In this document: piece by piece, positions 1 through 9,570 of the stretch
How the letters are laid out: each line of letters opens with the position of its first letter
Position numbering within the stretch: the stretch's first letter is position 1
From: Candidatus Saccharimonadota bacterium
Lineage (GTDB): Archaea > Nanohalarchaeota > Nanosalinia > Nanosalinales > Nanosalinaceae
Reading direction: 5' to 3'
DNA: 32,000 nt
Assembly: GCA_001761425.1 (NCBI GenBank)
Contig: CP012986.1
Coordinates: 690,001 to 722,000 of the forward strand
Made by a program: the position numbers and the translations under genes
Notes under the pieces: model-generated
Database searches by the model: none
What the model was told of the DNA's origin: nothing
The model's input: only the letters and a program-made list of their open reading frames with translations

Positions 1-865
1 GTTCCTTTTTCAGTTCTTCTCTGTAGAATTCTTTTTCATCTTCATTCATCTCATCTAGATCTATAACTGACGCTACAAGCCTTGCGATTGTCTCGATCCT
101 GAAAAAGGCCTCCAGCTCCTCAAAGTTTTCCGGGAGATCTCTAACTTTTTGATAGCCTCTGTAAAATTCTTCTCTTACACTCCATTCCGCTGCAGGATCG
201 TGCATCCAGAAGCTGTTCGCTGACTTCACGAGATCCCTTACATCAAGGCCTGCGTACATGTAATCGAAGTCTATCACGCCTGAAATCTCTTTACCTCTGT
301 ATATGACGTTGTCTGGTGAGAAATCAAGATGACAGGGAACTGCTGTGAAGTTCTCTGGGAAAAGGCCTTCGTTCTTCCTAAGAAATTCTTCAACGCTGTC
401 AGCCACGCCGAAACCGTTTTCCCTGAGTACTGGAATCTTCTCATTGTACATATTGTCTATCTTTCTCCGTTTCAGGGAACCTTTCTCGAAGCTGTGTAGT
501 TGAAGGCCTTCCAGCAGTTCTTCCGGTGTTTGATCTTCTTTCTTCATCTCCATCCATCCTTCATGTGGGAAGGAGGCCTTGCTGTGGATCCTCGCGAGCG
601 TTTTACCTGCGTTCCTGGTTCTTTCCGGGTTTACGTTTTTCTCTGCGGATTCTCCCTGTACTTTTTCGACTGTTGTGAACTTTTGGCCGTTGACTTCCTG
701 GACTTCTCTGGTTACTGTTTCGGGGACAGGTACCGTGTCTTGGAAGAGTTCGTAGCATTTCAGGTTGTGCTTCAGGGAGTCATCTTCTCTACCTGAGAAC
801 TGGACTATGTATTTTTCTCCGTCTACGGTGACTGAGTAAGTTTCGTGCATAAGGCCTTCCTCCAT
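1..865 (-). CDS. APH/choline-kinase-type phosphotransferase (C-terminus cut by window edge)
   Basis: Not in the ORF track because it runs off the edge. Manual translation from ATG at 865: MEEGLMHETYSVTVDGEKYIVQF... Contains CHLDFSPDNVI (HxDxxxxN catalytic loop) and VIDFDYM (DFD metal-binding motif), then continues ...FYREELKKE to position 1. Confidence 0.75.
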   Translation of the reverse strand, partial: MEEGLMHETYSVTVDGEKYIVQFSGREDDSLKHNLKCYELFQDTVPVPETVTREVQEVNGQKFTTVEKVQGESAEKNVNPERTRNAGKTLARIHSKASFPHEGWMEMKKEDQTPEELLEGLQLHSFEKGSLKRRKIDNMYNEKIPVLRENGFGVADSVEEFLRKNEGLFPENFTAVPCHLDFSPDNVIYRGKEISGVIDFDYMYAGLDVRDLVKSANSFWMHDPAAEWSVREEFYRGYQKVRDLPENFEELEAFFRIETIARLVASVIDLDEMNEDEKEFYREELKKE

Positions 866-984
866 CTCGTTTATTTTTTCAGGTTTTCTTTTGAGAACTT
901 TTCTGGTTGCTTTCCTGATTTTTTCTTTCATGGGAGAGGATTTGTGTAAAAGCTGATTTAAACCTGATTTTAGTTATAGAGGTT

Positions 985-1551
985 ATGTCTGATGATGCTT
1001 TGAGCAGGATAGATTTTCCGGACAGAAAGTATACTTTGAAGCAGAAAGCTGTGAGGAATGCGTATAAACTGTATGATTCTGAAGAAAATGAGGTTCTCAG
1101 TGCCAAACAGAAACTTTTCAAGGTGAAGGAGGAGTTCCCGTTCACTGATCCTGAAGGTAATGAGGTGTTCAGTGTACAGGCCGAACAGGTACTTGATATA
1201 GCAGGGGATTACGCGATCATCGATTCAGGTACTGATGAGAAACTGGCTGTACTGAAGAAGGAGTTCACTTTTCTTGTGCAAAAATGGAAAATACAGGATT
1301 CTGAAGGGAATTTTCTCGCAAAGATAGAATCTCGTGGAAAGCTCATGGGCCTTTTCAGGGCGTTTTCGGATCTGGCTGATATATTCCCTCATAGATATAC
1401 TATCGAAGATTCGAATGGAGATCAGATAGGAATTATACAGGGCAAGTTCAGCCTGAGAGACAGGTATGTCATCGAACTTGATGAAAACGCTGAAAACCGT
1501 GAGGCCATCATGGCTGCTGCGGTGACAATCGACGCTCTTGAAGGCAACTAG
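985..1551 (+). CDS. LURP-one-related / tubby-C-like (DUF567) family protein
   Basis: 188 aa ORF with ATG start. KQKLFKVKEEFPFTDPEGNEVFSV, GDYAIIDSGT and FSLRDRYVIELD match the pattern I recall for haloarchaeal LURP-one-related proteins. This is memory-based, with no search. Confidence 0.5.
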   Translation: MSDDALSRIDFPDRKYTLKQKAVRNAYKLYDSEENEVLSAKQKLFKVKEEFPFTDPEGNEVFSVQAEQVLDIAGDYAIIDSGTDEKLAVLKKEFTFLVQKWKIQDSEGNFLAKIESRGKLMGLFRAFSDLADIFPHRYTIEDSNGDQIGIIQGKFSLRDRYVIELDENAENREAIMAAAVTIDALEGN

Positions 1552-1556
1552 AGGCC

Positions 1557-1700
1557 TTAATCTAGCTCTTCTATCTCCTCTCCTTTTTCCGGATTATCTA
1601 CTGTCGGATGTTCGCCAGTTCTGTCGTAACGCCAGTGGTTCTCCGCAGTTTTCCGGTCCGGGAATATGTATCCGCATTCAGTGCATCTGAACTAGCTCAT
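1557..1700 (-). pseudogene. Small C2H2-like zinc-finger ORF with an in-frame TAG at codon 3
   Basis: Manual translation: ATG AGC TAG then FRCTECGYIFPDRKTAENHWRYDRTGEHPTVDNPEKGEEIEELD*. It shows the F-x-C-x2-C-x3-F-x8-H spacing typical of C2H2 fingers. There is no canonical start codon after the TAG. Confidence 0.25.
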
Positions 1701-1741
1701 AATGGAATCTTTCCTGACTTTAGGCCTGGTTTAACACTTTT

Positions 1742-2335
1742 TTACTGAGTTCTTTTTTCTGCCTGCATTTTTTCTATCATTTCGACTCTGGCGTTGTAAT
1801 CTAGATCGGAGTATTCGAAGGTCTTTTTCAGTGTTTCCAGGGAAGGTAGGTGTACATTTACTGGTCCACGGGCTATTGGCTCATTTCTGTCTGTCTCCTG
1901 TTCAAGAAGTCTGTGAACTTCTTTTGCATCGTCGTTTCTCCAGTTAAAGGCCTTTCTGTAGTCTGTTATAACGTCTACGAAGGCCTCTGGTGCTTCCACT
2001 GATGTGGATGCGGATGTGGTGTCATAGCACAGCTGGGAGCCGTCTTCTCTGGTTCTTTCAGTGTGTGGGAAGGATTCGAATGTTTCGAGGTCTGCTATCT
2101 CGCTGTTTGCGTAGAGGTCGATGTCCTTGGTATCGGTTTCGTAATGCAGGTCTCTCCTGTCTGCATGGACTGCCAGCGCGCCGCTTCCTGTCAGGACGGT
2201 ATCGAACTGGAACTCCTCGTCCGTGTATTTTTCTTCTGTATCGTTTAGATAGAACCTGACGTCGCCGTTGAGTACGCCTATAACTCTGTAAACGCTTTGG
2301 CATCCGAGGCCTTCCTCTTCGGAACTTATACGCAT
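1742..2335 (-). CDS. hypothetical acidic protein
   Basis: 197 aa ORF with ATG start that fills the spacer. Composition is acidic. The weak GSGALAVH...DIDLY pattern resembles nucleotidyltransferase folds but is not convincing. Confidence 0.5.
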   Translation of the reverse strand: MRISSEEEGLGCQSVYRVIGVLNGDVRFYLNDTEEKYTDEEFQFDTVLTGSGALAVHADRRDLHYETDTKDIDLYANSEIADLETFESFPHTERTREDGSQLCYDTTSASTSVEAPEAFVDVITDYRKAFNWRNDDAKEVHRLLEQETDRNEPIARGPVNVHLPSLETLKKTFEYSDLDYNARVEMIEKMQAEKRTQ

Positions 2336-2400
2336 TAATTACTACCTCTTGACCACAAGTTTAAATGGTTTTGTCTGAGTAAAGAAGAAATTAGGGAGGC

Positions 2401-2868
2401 CTATTCCTCCCATGTTATCTGGTAGCTGTCGGAGGGTCCTTCACGTATCGAGGCTAGTTTTTCACCTTCTCCAGGAAGTTCATCGGTCGTTACTACAGGC
2501 CTGTGGCTCTTGGCTTCTGTTGCGACCCTGTAGCCTTCGATCTCTCCTTTCTCAAGGTTCATTATCTTGAACTCGCCTTCTCCTGTGTTGTAGCTTTCCA
2601 GACTGGCCTTGAGGTACTCATCTTCCCCAGGTTCAAGTTCTTCCTCGGCCTTCTCCAGTATCTGATCCTTCGGAAGCTCAACGTTCTCAAACTTCAGGTA
2701 CTCCGGTCCTTCTCTGAGTACCTCTTTGACGTCTTCAAATACTTCTCTATACCAGTTTCCTTCAGCTTCGGTGCCCGACCTTCCGGTGAAATCTCCCCAT
2801 TCCCTTAATGTGCTTTGATCAAACAGCTCATCTCCGTTGCTTCTTGCTCCAGCACTCATTGTTTTCAC
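2401..2868 (-). CDS. hypothetical acidic protein
   Basis: 155 aa ORF. The start is GTG at 2868 or ATG at 2859. No recognised motif. Confidence 0.5.
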   Translation of the reverse strand: MKTMSAGARSNGDELFDQSTLREWGDFTGRSGTEAEGNWYREVFEDVKEVLREGPEYLKFENVELPKDQILEKAEEELEPGEDEYLKASLESYNTGEGEFKIMNLEKGEIEGYRVATEAKSHRPVVTTDELPGEGEKLASIREGPSDSYQITWEE

Positions 2869-2988
2869 CTTCTAGTAACAAATTACTCACGGAGTGGTTT
2901 AAAGCTTCTGGCTCAATCTCCTCTATTTTCAGGCCTGGAACTGAGACTTTCGGAAGAAATAAAAATTTTGCCACTTTTAAGTTAAAAC

Positions 2989-3519
2989 ATGCCGAGTATG
3001 AACTTGGGTGAGACACGGCTCAGGGAGATCCCTACGGTCGAGGACCTGGAAAAAATTGAGAGAAAACTGAGGCCTCAGGCCGATAAGTACGAGGTTAATA
3101 TTCTCCAGTCCTTCACGCGTCAGGAGATAGTGGAGAGACTTGCTGAAGATGATGAAAGGCTTTCTGACACTGTGTATACTATTTGGGGAAATGTTTTCGA
3201 GTATGAAGGCCTTGAAGGCAGGATTGATGCTGATGAGGAGAGTCTGAGAGTTGACGTTTTTGATGCACAGGAAGATCTGGATGTCAGGGATGTTATGAGG
3301 ATTGGAGGAGCTTCTAAAGGCAGAACTATGCATGGTAAAGCCGTGAGCAGTTACAGGACTTCTCTGCAGAAAGCCGGTTATGATGCGGATGATCTGGACG
3401 GTGAAGAACTGGCAGAGACAGCGCGACAGGCCCTGGAGGATCTAGGTTACGAATCGTTCGAAGTGGAGATAGATGGTTCAGCTAGAGAGGCCTACGAAGA
3501 AGCTATCAGCAAACTCTAA
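2989..3519 (+). CDS. hypothetical acidic protein
   Basis: 176 aa ORF with ATG start and an A/T-rich TATA-like sequence about 25-35 nt upstream. No recognised motif. Confidence 0.5.
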   Translation: MPSMNLGETRLREIPTVEDLEKIERKLRPQADKYEVNILQSFTRQEIVERLAEDDERLSDTVYTIWGNVFEYEGLEGRIDADEESLRVDVFDAQEDLDVRDVMRIGGASKGRTMHGKAVSSYRTSLQKAGYDADDLDGEELAETARQALEDLGYESFEVEIDGSAREAYEEAISKL

Positions 3520-3533
3520 AGAAAATTGATTTT

Positions 3534-4622
3534 TTAGAGGTCGTCTGGATCAACTCTCAGAATTTTGTCCTCTTTACCTACTGGTATGCCTCTTCCATCG
3601 GTGTTGCTTGTGGAAACGTACAGGTATCCTTCAGGCCCTATTTCTACGGCCCGGAGTCTTCCATGCATTTTTTGCCAGTGTTTTTCAAGGCCTGTAACTG
3701 AGTTGTTCCGTATTTTTGCTTCGTAGAGCGTCTTTCCTTTGAGGCCTGCGAAGTAGATGCTTCCGTTGGTGAAGGCTGTCCCCGCGGGTGCCCAGGTTGT
3801 ATCCTCTGCGTAAATCTCGGGCCTTACCATGTCTTCTCTGTTTTGGTCTGCTTCTGTTTCCGGCCAGCCGTAGTTTCCTCCTTTCTGTATCCCGTTCAGT
3901 TCGTCGTTCTGCCGATCGCCGTGTTCTGTTGCCCAGAGTGTACCTTTTATCCATGTAAGGCCTTGCGGGTTTCTGTGGCCGTAGCTGTAGATTTCGTTGT
4001 CGAAAGGGTTATCCTGTGGTACTGTTCCGTCCGGGTTAAGTCTCAGGATTTTCCCTGCCAGTTTTTCCCTTTCCTGGGCCCATTGAGGGTTTGTTGCATC
4101 TCCTGCGGTGATGTAAAGTTTTCCGTCAGGTCCGAAGTTTATTCTTCCGCCGTCATGGTAGATCGCACCTGGCAGGCCTGAGATAACGGTTTTAGGTTCG
4201 GATAGCTGATCTTCCTCCAGTCTGTATCTCTCCACCCGGTTTCTCAGCATTTCTCCGTCTCTCGTGGTCATGTAGAGATAGATGTACCTGTTCTCTGTAA
4301 AGTTCGGATGCTTCGTGACTCCTAGAAGGCCTCCTTCGCCTGCGTGTTCGACTCCCTCAACTTCATAACTTCCTGTGTAGTTTCCGCTCTCTTCCTCCAT
4401 CCTGAGAAGGTTTCCAGGCCTCTCAGTCACAAGAATATCTCCATCGGGAAGAAACTCGATGTCCCAGGGTATTTCAAGGCCTTCAGCCATGATCTCTGTC
4501 TCTGAGTTATTTTGAGGTCTTTCACTGTCTGTGTTATCTGTCTGGACAAATGCTGTCCCTGCTATCAGTGCGATCAGGAGAACCCCGGTTACAGCTATGA
4601 ATTTTTTCATTTCTGTGTACAT
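3534..4622 (-). CDS. PQQ-dependent (soluble aldose) sugar dehydrogenase, membrane-anchored or secreted
   Basis: Motifs GLEIPWDIEFLPDGDILVTERPG, GLLGVTKHPNF, HDGGRINFGPDGKLYITAGD, RLNPDGTVPQDNPF, YSYGHRNPQGL and GGNYGWP are typical of the YliI/SGDH beta-propeller family. N-terminal hydrophobic signal MKKFIAVTGVLLIALIAGTAFV. Alternative start at 4610. Confidence 0.85.
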   Translation of the reverse strand: MYTEMKKFIAVTGVLLIALIAGTAFVQTDNTDSERPQNNSETEIMAEGLEIPWDIEFLPDGDILVTERPGNLLRMEEESGNYTGSYEVEGVEHAGEGGLLGVTKHPNFTENRYIYLYMTTRDGEMLRNRVERYRLEEDQLSEPKTVISGLPGAIYHDGGRINFGPDGKLYITAGDATNPQWAQEREKLAGKILRLNPDGTVPQDNPFDNEIYSYGHRNPQGLTWIKGTLWATEHGDRQNDELNGIQKGGNYGWPETEADQNREDMVRPEIYAEDTTWAPAGTAFTNGSIYFAGLKGKTLYEAKIRNNSVTGLEKHWQKMHGRLRAVEIGPEGYLYVSTSNTDGRGIPVGKEDKILRVDPDDL

Positions 4623-4734
4623 ATTTCTCGTGGCTGGGTCTTATCTTTTGTTTCTGAGGATCGGGTTTTCAGGCCTGTAACCTTGAAACTCTCTGAAGAA
4701 GTTTTCTGGTGATTGAAAAAATGTTCAGGCTGTG

Positions 4735-5097
4735 TTATTTTCCCTCTCTGTCCAGTATTTTCCTCTGCCGCGGGATATGTACGTTTCTTGGTTCGAGGAG
4801 CGTCTCGTCTATCTCTACTTCTCCCGTGTTTCTAAGGTTTCTTTCCAGAAAGTCTTTTTCGAAAGGTACAGGCCCGATTTCTCCGCTCCTGTACTCTCCT
4901 ATGACTTTTCTCTCGTATTCTCCTCTGAACTGGTCGGCGACCTGGACATAGAAAATCGCCCTGTCGCCGAAGACTTCAACTTCTGGGGTTAAATCCGCTG
5001 TCCTGGGCATTTCATCCGCGAAATCCTGGTATCTGTCAGTTTCCACGAGTTCTTCAAGCGCGTTATAGGCCTCTCCGTAATCCATACCTCTTCCCAT
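4735..5097 (-). CDS. hypothetical acidic protein
   Basis: 120 aa ORF with ATG start. No recognised motif. Confidence 0.45.
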   Translation of the reverse strand: MGRGMDYGEAYNALEELVETDRYQDFADEMPRTADLTPEVEVFGDRAIFYVQVADQFRGEYERKVIGEYRSGEIGPVPFEKDFLERNLRNTGEVEIDETLLEPRNVHIPRQRKILDREGK

Positions 5098-5150
5098 GAA
5101 ACATGTACTGGACTGTAACTTTTTACCAGTTTCTGAACCTCTTTAATTTT

Positions 5151-5552
5151 CTATTCCAGTTCCTGGGTCATTTCAAGCGCTGACTCAACTGCGTTGTATG
5201 CATAATGTGTTCTCTCGAAGGCCTCTTCTGCTGTCATGCCTGGACCCGTGATTGCCATTGTTACTGGTGTATCTGCCTCCAGTGATACTTCCTGAAGTGT
5301 TTTTGCGGTTGAGTGACCTATTATTTTGTCGTGATCGGTATCTCCTGTGATTATCGCTCCTATGACCGTCACGCAGTCGATCTCATCTTTCTCGGACAGT
5401 CTCTTCGCTGCCAGAGGTGTATCATAGGAACCCGGTACCTTGACTACTTCGGTCTCCGCATCTTTTTGCTGTGCTGCATCCTCTGCTTCCTCCCTCATCC
5501 TGGATGTGATTTCTCCGTTGTATTCTGCGACTACAAGGCCTACTTTTTTCAT
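5151..5552 (-). CDS. ribH: 6,7-dimethyl-8-ribityllumazine synthase (archaeal type)
   Basis: MKKVGLVVAEYNGEITSRM...VVKVPGSYDTPLAAKRL...IDCVTVIGAIITGDTDHDKII...PVTMAITGPGMT lines up with archaeal RibH as I recall it. The track start at 5558 is TTG; the ATG at 5552 is preferred. Confidence 0.9.
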   Translation of the reverse strand: MKKVGLVVAEYNGEITSRMREEAEDAAQQKDAETEVVKVPGSYDTPLAAKRLSEKDEIDCVTVIGAIITGDTDHDKIIGHSTAKTLQEVSLEADTPVTMAITGPGMTAEEAFERTHYAYNAVESALEMTQELE

Positions 5553-5587
5553 ATACAACTGATTTTTACCTTGGATTTTTTAGGCCT

Positions 5588-5998
5588 TCAGTCCAGGTAT
5601 TCCAGGTCTTCATCTGAAAATTTCTGGTTGTAGAATTCGTCCGGGGTATCGAACTGGGAGCCTTTGATTCTTGTCTCTTCCTCTTCGAAAGCTCCTAGCT
5701 TACCGGAGATATAGCAGTGTCTTGCATGGTTGTAGATCTCTCTAAGAGCTGATTCTCGCTCTATCCTCTCTGAAAGTTCTTCCTTCTTATCGAAAACTGC
5801 CTGTTCATAGGCCTCGTCAGTTTCAAATTCTTCCTCCAGAGAATCTATTTCACGCTCTCCCTGGACCTGTCCTGCAAAGCCGACAAAAGATCCTGCGGCG
5901 ATAGCTCCCGCCGTAGCCCCTGAAACCGCAACTTTAGGGTTCTCCAGGATGTACTGGGCCTGTGGACTGTTCAAGGCCTGTTCAAAAAGTTCATGCAT
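5588..5998 (-). CDS. hypothetical protein with Gly/Ala-rich hydrophobic segment
   Basis: 136 aa ORF with ATG start. AVSGATAGAIAAGSFVGFAG is a possible membrane-associated segment. Confidence 0.45.
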   Translation of the reverse strand: MHELFEQALNSPQAQYILENPKVAVSGATAGAIAAGSFVGFAGQVQGEREIDSLEEEFETDEAYEQAVFDKKEELSERIERESALREIYNHARHCYISGKLGAFEEEETRIKGSQFDTPDEFYNQKFSDEDLEYLD

Positions 5999-6050
5999 TG
6001 CCCAGGCTTTAGGCCTTCAATCTTAAAAACTGGATTCACAACTGGAGGAT

Positions 6051-6851
6051 ATGGAGCCTGAAAAACTGGTGAGGAAGAACAGGTTTACGATCTCCGTGAT
6101 CTTTCCGTTTGTAGGAGGAGTGACGCTTCTTGCCTCTGCTGAAGGCCTTTTACCCGAGATGGTTTCCTACAATCCTTTCCTGATAATTTTCGGGACACTG
6201 GTGATGCGTCTTCCCCTGGTAGCTGGTATGAGGCCTTTACTCGGTAGAAAAGCATTTTTGGGCCTGGGATTTCTGACTTTTTACAGTTATTTCATCGAGT
6301 TTGTAGGTGTAAGAACCGGTTTCCCGTACGGAGACTTTGAGTATGGCATTGATCTGGGCCCTATGATTCTGGGAGAAGTTCCTCTGGGCCTTCCGGTATT
6401 TTTCATTCCTCTGGTGGTTAACGCGTATCTCCTGGTTCTTTTACTGTTCCGTGAGAGATCTCAAAGTTTTTTCTTCCGGCTTTTGACAGTTACAGGTACT
6501 GTTTTACTGCTTGACTTTGTGCTTGATCCTGCAGCGGTCGCGATCAACTTCTGGAGTTACAGCTCAGGATTTTACTACGGAGTTCCTCTTTCAAACTATC
6601 TTGGATGGGTTCTAAGTGCTTCTGTAGCTGTTCTGACTCTGGACATGTTTCTGAGCCGGGAAGGCCTTTATGAGCGTTTGGAAAAATGTGGTTTCTTTCT
6701 TGATGATATGGTATCTTTTGTTTTTCTCTGGGGCCTGGTTAATCTGTATTTCCTGAATCTTGTTCCCTTCGTGCTTTCTCTGTTTCTAGGCCTGGCTTTA
6801 TGGAAGACTGATCGTTTTGATTTTGTCTCGGCGAAGGATCTTCCGATCTGA
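6051..6851 (+). CDS. polytopic membrane protein, carotenoid-biosynthesis (CruF / PF04240-like) family candidate
   Basis: 266 aa with about 7 hydrophobic helices. LDPAAVAINFWSY...YGVPLSNYLGWVL resembles the conserved core I recall for the DUF422/CruF family. This is memory-based. Confidence 0.45.
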   Translation: MEPEKLVRKNRFTISVIFPFVGGVTLLASAEGLLPEMVSYNPFLIIFGTLVMRLPLVAGMRPLLGRKAFLGLGFLTFYSYFIEFVGVRTGFPYGDFEYGIDLGPMILGEVPLGLPVFFIPLVVNAYLLVLLLFRERSQSFFFRLLTVTGTVLLLDFVLDPAAVAINFWSYSSGFYYGVPLSNYLGWVLSASVAVLTLDMFLSREGLYERLEKCGFFLDDMVSFVFLWGLVNLYFLNLVPFVLSLFLGLALWKTDRFDFVSAKDLPI

Positions 6852-6894
6852 GGGCTATCCTGTAATAAAGTTTTGTGGTTAAACTCTGGAGTTA

Positions 6895-7608
6895 ATGGAT
6901 TGGAGGCATGAAGTTGAGAGTCCAAGAGGCTATAACATGGACGTTATGACTTATTTCGGCCTGAAGGATCTCAAGCCTAGAGATATGGATGAAGGAGAAG
7001 TTGTAGGGATTAATACAGATGCCGAGGTCGGTTTCAGATCTGACGGCGCAAAGATCTATGTTAAAGATGTAGAAAGCAGTGAGGATGATACTGTCCAGTC
7101 TCATATCGCTGCACATATCTATGGAAATCATATACCTTCTGTTACTCCAGAAATATCTTATGATGATGCCTACCGTAAAATTCTGATGGAGGAGATGCCC
7201 GGAGAATTTATCGATGACTATCAGGAAGTGGATCAGAGGTCTTTACACAGAGCGATCGCTGAAAAACTTCTGGTAGGTGACTGTGACTACGGAGGGAATT
7301 TTCTGGCAACAGATTACGATGTCAGGCCTATAGACTATGATATGGTGGGAAGAGATCTTGTTACGGCTAAAGAAGCTATTGATACGTGGATGGGCGATGA
7401 ACTGGACGAGGAGCTTCTGAACAGGGAGGCCTCGAAACTGGCGGAAGAGGTAGATATAAGGGCTCTGGAACAGGACTTGAGAGAGGAAAAAACATTGAAC
7501 GAGACATGGTCAAACAGGGATGAATCAAGAGACCCGGAACCTAGAGACGGCCTTTTCCACGGAAGCATAGATAACATCCTGAGTAACGTCAGGGCCTTCC
7601 AGCACTGA
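6895..7608 (+). CDS. hypothetical acidic protein
   Basis: 237 aa ORF with ATG start. No recognised motif. Confidence 0.5.
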   Translation: MDWRHEVESPRGYNMDVMTYFGLKDLKPRDMDEGEVVGINTDAEVGFRSDGAKIYVKDVESSEDDTVQSHIAAHIYGNHIPSVTPEISYDDAYRKILMEEMPGEFIDDYQEVDQRSLHRAIAEKLLVGDCDYGGNFLATDYDVRPIDYDMVGRDLVTAKEAIDTWMGDELDEELLNREASKLAEEVDIRALEQDLREEKTLNETWSNRDESRDPEPRDGLFHGSIDNILSNVRAFQH

Positions 7609-7619
7609 AAAAATTTTTT
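7608..7619. terminator. A6T6 palindromic spacer, candidate bidirectional oligo-T terminator
   Basis: AAAAAATTTTTT lies exactly between the convergent genes 6895-7608(+) and 7622-7945(-). It gives a T-run on each transcribed strand, and archaeal termination uses oligo-T. Confidence 0.35.
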
Positions 7620-7621
7620 AG

Positions 7622-7945
7622 TCAGTAGAGTTCTCCGTCTTCAGGTACTTCGGTGTCAGGCCTTACCAGTACAGGATTTCCGTCTTCGTCGGGTACCCCG
7701 ACTGTAAGGACCTGTGATTTGAATCCTGCGATCCTGACTTCGCCCAGTTCTGTCGCGCACAGTACCTGTAGGCCTTCAACTTTTTCAGGGGTGTAGTTGT
7801 ATCCGAGCTGGGCCGCGCTCTGGAATTTTTCTTCCCCAATGCTGATCCACAGCTTCATCATCTCAGGTTTCTCTGCTTCAGAAAAATCTTCAGCACTCTC
7901 GACTGTACCTACCTTGAGTTCAACATCGAAAACTCCGTTGGCCAT
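7622..7945 (-). CDS. csaA: tRNA-binding domain protein (CsaA / EMAP-II-like OB fold)
   Basis: 107 aa. DVELKVGTVESAEDFSEAEKPEMMKLWISIGEE...QLGYNYTPEKVEGLQVLCATELGEVRIAGFKSQVLTVGV matches the CsaA/Trbp111 pattern (hhVG.I....h..a.k....l.vd.G). Confidence 0.8.
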   Translation of the reverse strand: MANGVFDVELKVGTVESAEDFSEAEKPEMMKLWISIGEEKFQSAAQLGYNYTPEKVEGLQVLCATELGEVRIAGFKSQVLTVGVPDEDGNPVLVRPDTEVPEDGELY

Positions 7946-7981
7946 ATTTCTTTATTTGAGGCGGGGGACTGAAAAATCTGT

Positions 7982-8563
7982 CTACCTGTAGCTGGCGTTC
8001 ACGCATTCGTTCAGGTCACCGATACGGTTGTACTGATCTTCAAGCACCTGGAAAGGAGTTTCAAAGGCATAGGGATCAAGGCCTTCCTGCTGTTTACCTC
8101 TTTCCAGGGAAAGCTCTCTGGCAGCGTCTTCAAGATTCACAGCTTCTTCATGGACTTCCTGAAATCTTTCCCAGGTCTCCAGGATTTCATCCTGCTCCCT
8201 CTGAACAGGGCCTTTCCTGTTTCCAGTCACAGTTATCTCGTTAACATCTTCTTCAGTGTGATGAGCTGCAAAGACAAGGCCTCTGTACGCTGTAAATTTA
8301 TCGTAACTGTTTGAAGGCTCGGGACCTGCTATATCACCGGTTGTTTCTCCCAGCCAGTCCTGGGCACTGAAAACACCTGAAAACTCCTGGACAACCTCCT
8401 GTGCCGAGGCCTCGACTTCTTCGAGAGATACTTCCCCGTCTCTGTACTCGCTGAGAGTTTCGTCGTAGGCCTCGACCGCTGAGTCAAGGCTTTCTATCTC
8501 CTGTCCCAGTTTTTCAAGTCCTGCACCCATTTTTACTTGTATGTCTTTTTCTGCCGGAGCCAT
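7982..8563 (-). CDS. hypothetical acidic protein
   Basis: 193 aa ORF with ATG start. No recognised motif. Confidence 0.5.
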   Translation of the reverse strand: MAPAEKDIQVKMGAGLEKLGQEIESLDSAVEAYDETLSEYRDGEVSLEEVEASAQEVVQEFSGVFSAQDWLGETTGDIAGPEPSNSYDKFTAYRGLVFAAHHTEEDVNEITVTGNRKGPVQREQDEILETWERFQEVHEEAVNLEDAARELSLERGKQQEGLDPYAFETPFQVLEDQYNRIGDLNECVNASYR

Positions 8564-8671
8564 CTACTGTTTTGAAGCCGGGCAAATCTTATTTAGATAT
8601 CGGCAGCTTTCCAGGTTTCCAGGCGTTTCCCTGGAAAGACTGTTAAGTTTTAAACTAGTACATATGTCGTT

Positions 8672-9229
8672 GTGGAACAGGAATATGATTTTGAAGGCCT
8701 TGAAAGGTTTGAGGCCCGTGAGGAAGGTGACAGCGAGTTTGTAGAGGCCTATTCGGATCTTGGAGATCTGAAGGTCAGGGAGAAAGGTGAGGAACTGGAG
8801 TTTGTCTGGGAAACCGGTTCCGGTTTTGAAGATGTTCTTGAAGCAGTTGAGATGTTTTACAGGAGAGAAAACAGCATCCAGTTCCTGGAAAAGGATGATA
8901 TCTCCGGGGATCTGCGTCACGGAAAGATCAGGGACTACGTTCTTAAAGGACCTGTTCAGGACGGGGACGTCGGTAACTGGAGTGATTACCGGCTTCTGCA
9001 GATCGGAGGTTCTGACTTCTACGTTTCCTGGGAAGATACACTGGAAGATGAAGAGGGCTACCGGATTCGTCTGAACACCTCGGGATCAGGCCTCAGGCCT
9101 TTCGCAGCTGTCTACAGAAATACTCTGGATAGAGAGGTTGAAGATGTTATCAGCGATGTTGAGGAGGAATTTTACGACCGGCCGAGAAGTTTCCCGGGTT
9201 TCTGGGATCCCACCGGCCGGTATAATTAA
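8672..9229 (+). CDS. hypothetical acidic protein
   Basis: 185 aa ORF with GTG start. TTTTAAAC lies about 20 nt upstream, so the transcript may be leaderless. Confidence 0.45.
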   Translation: MEQEYDFEGLERFEAREEGDSEFVEAYSDLGDLKVREKGEELEFVWETGSGFEDVLEAVEMFYRRENSIQFLEKDDISGDLRHGKIRDYVLKGPVQDGDVGNWSDYRLLQIGGSDFYVSWEDTLEDEEGYRIRLNTSGSGLRPFAAVYRNTLDREVEDVISDVEEEFYDRPRSFPGFWDPTGRYN

Positions 9230-9255
9230 AGCGGTCAGTTACAAAAGTTTCTACT

Positions 9256-9570
9256 ATGGCAGCTGAAACCGTAACTAAATCATTGTTAACTGTGATAGGT
9301 TTCCTGACAGGCCTTATGGCACTGCTGATACTGAGGAAGCTGAAGAACGAGGATATTTCGATGGTGAAGATGAGGCTGAAACCTGAGTCGACCATATGGG
9401 ACTTCAGAATTATCTCCGCTGCCAACTTCCTGATGTTTATCGGTTTCCTGATGTATATCGCGGGAGTCGTGTTCTCAAATGATTCTCTGTGGATAATCTC
9501 AAAAGCTGTAGGAGGCATCTTCGGCTTGATGTACGCCGGAGTCCTGTTCAGGTGGTGGAGACGATTCTGA
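9256..9570 (+). CDS. small membrane protein
   Basis: 104 aa with ATG start and 3 hydrophobic segments. Confidence 0.5.
   Translation: MAAETVTKSLLTVIGFLTGLMALLILRKLKNEDISMVKMRLKPESTIWDFRIISAANFLMFIGFLMYIAGVVFSNDSLWIISKAVGGIFGLMYAGVLFRWWRRF

Noticed and set aside
500-1145. Track ORFs 500-796(+) and 879-1145(-)
   Set aside because: The first is antisense to the APH-type kinase gene, which has clear catalytic motifs. The second overlaps the divergent promoter region and the 5' end of 985-1551, and is compositionally atypical.
1990-2303. Arg-rich ORFs (89, 81 and 61 aa) overlapping 1742-2335
   Set aside because: They are alternative frames of an acidic gene. Their basic, low-complexity composition is opposite to the rest of the proteome.
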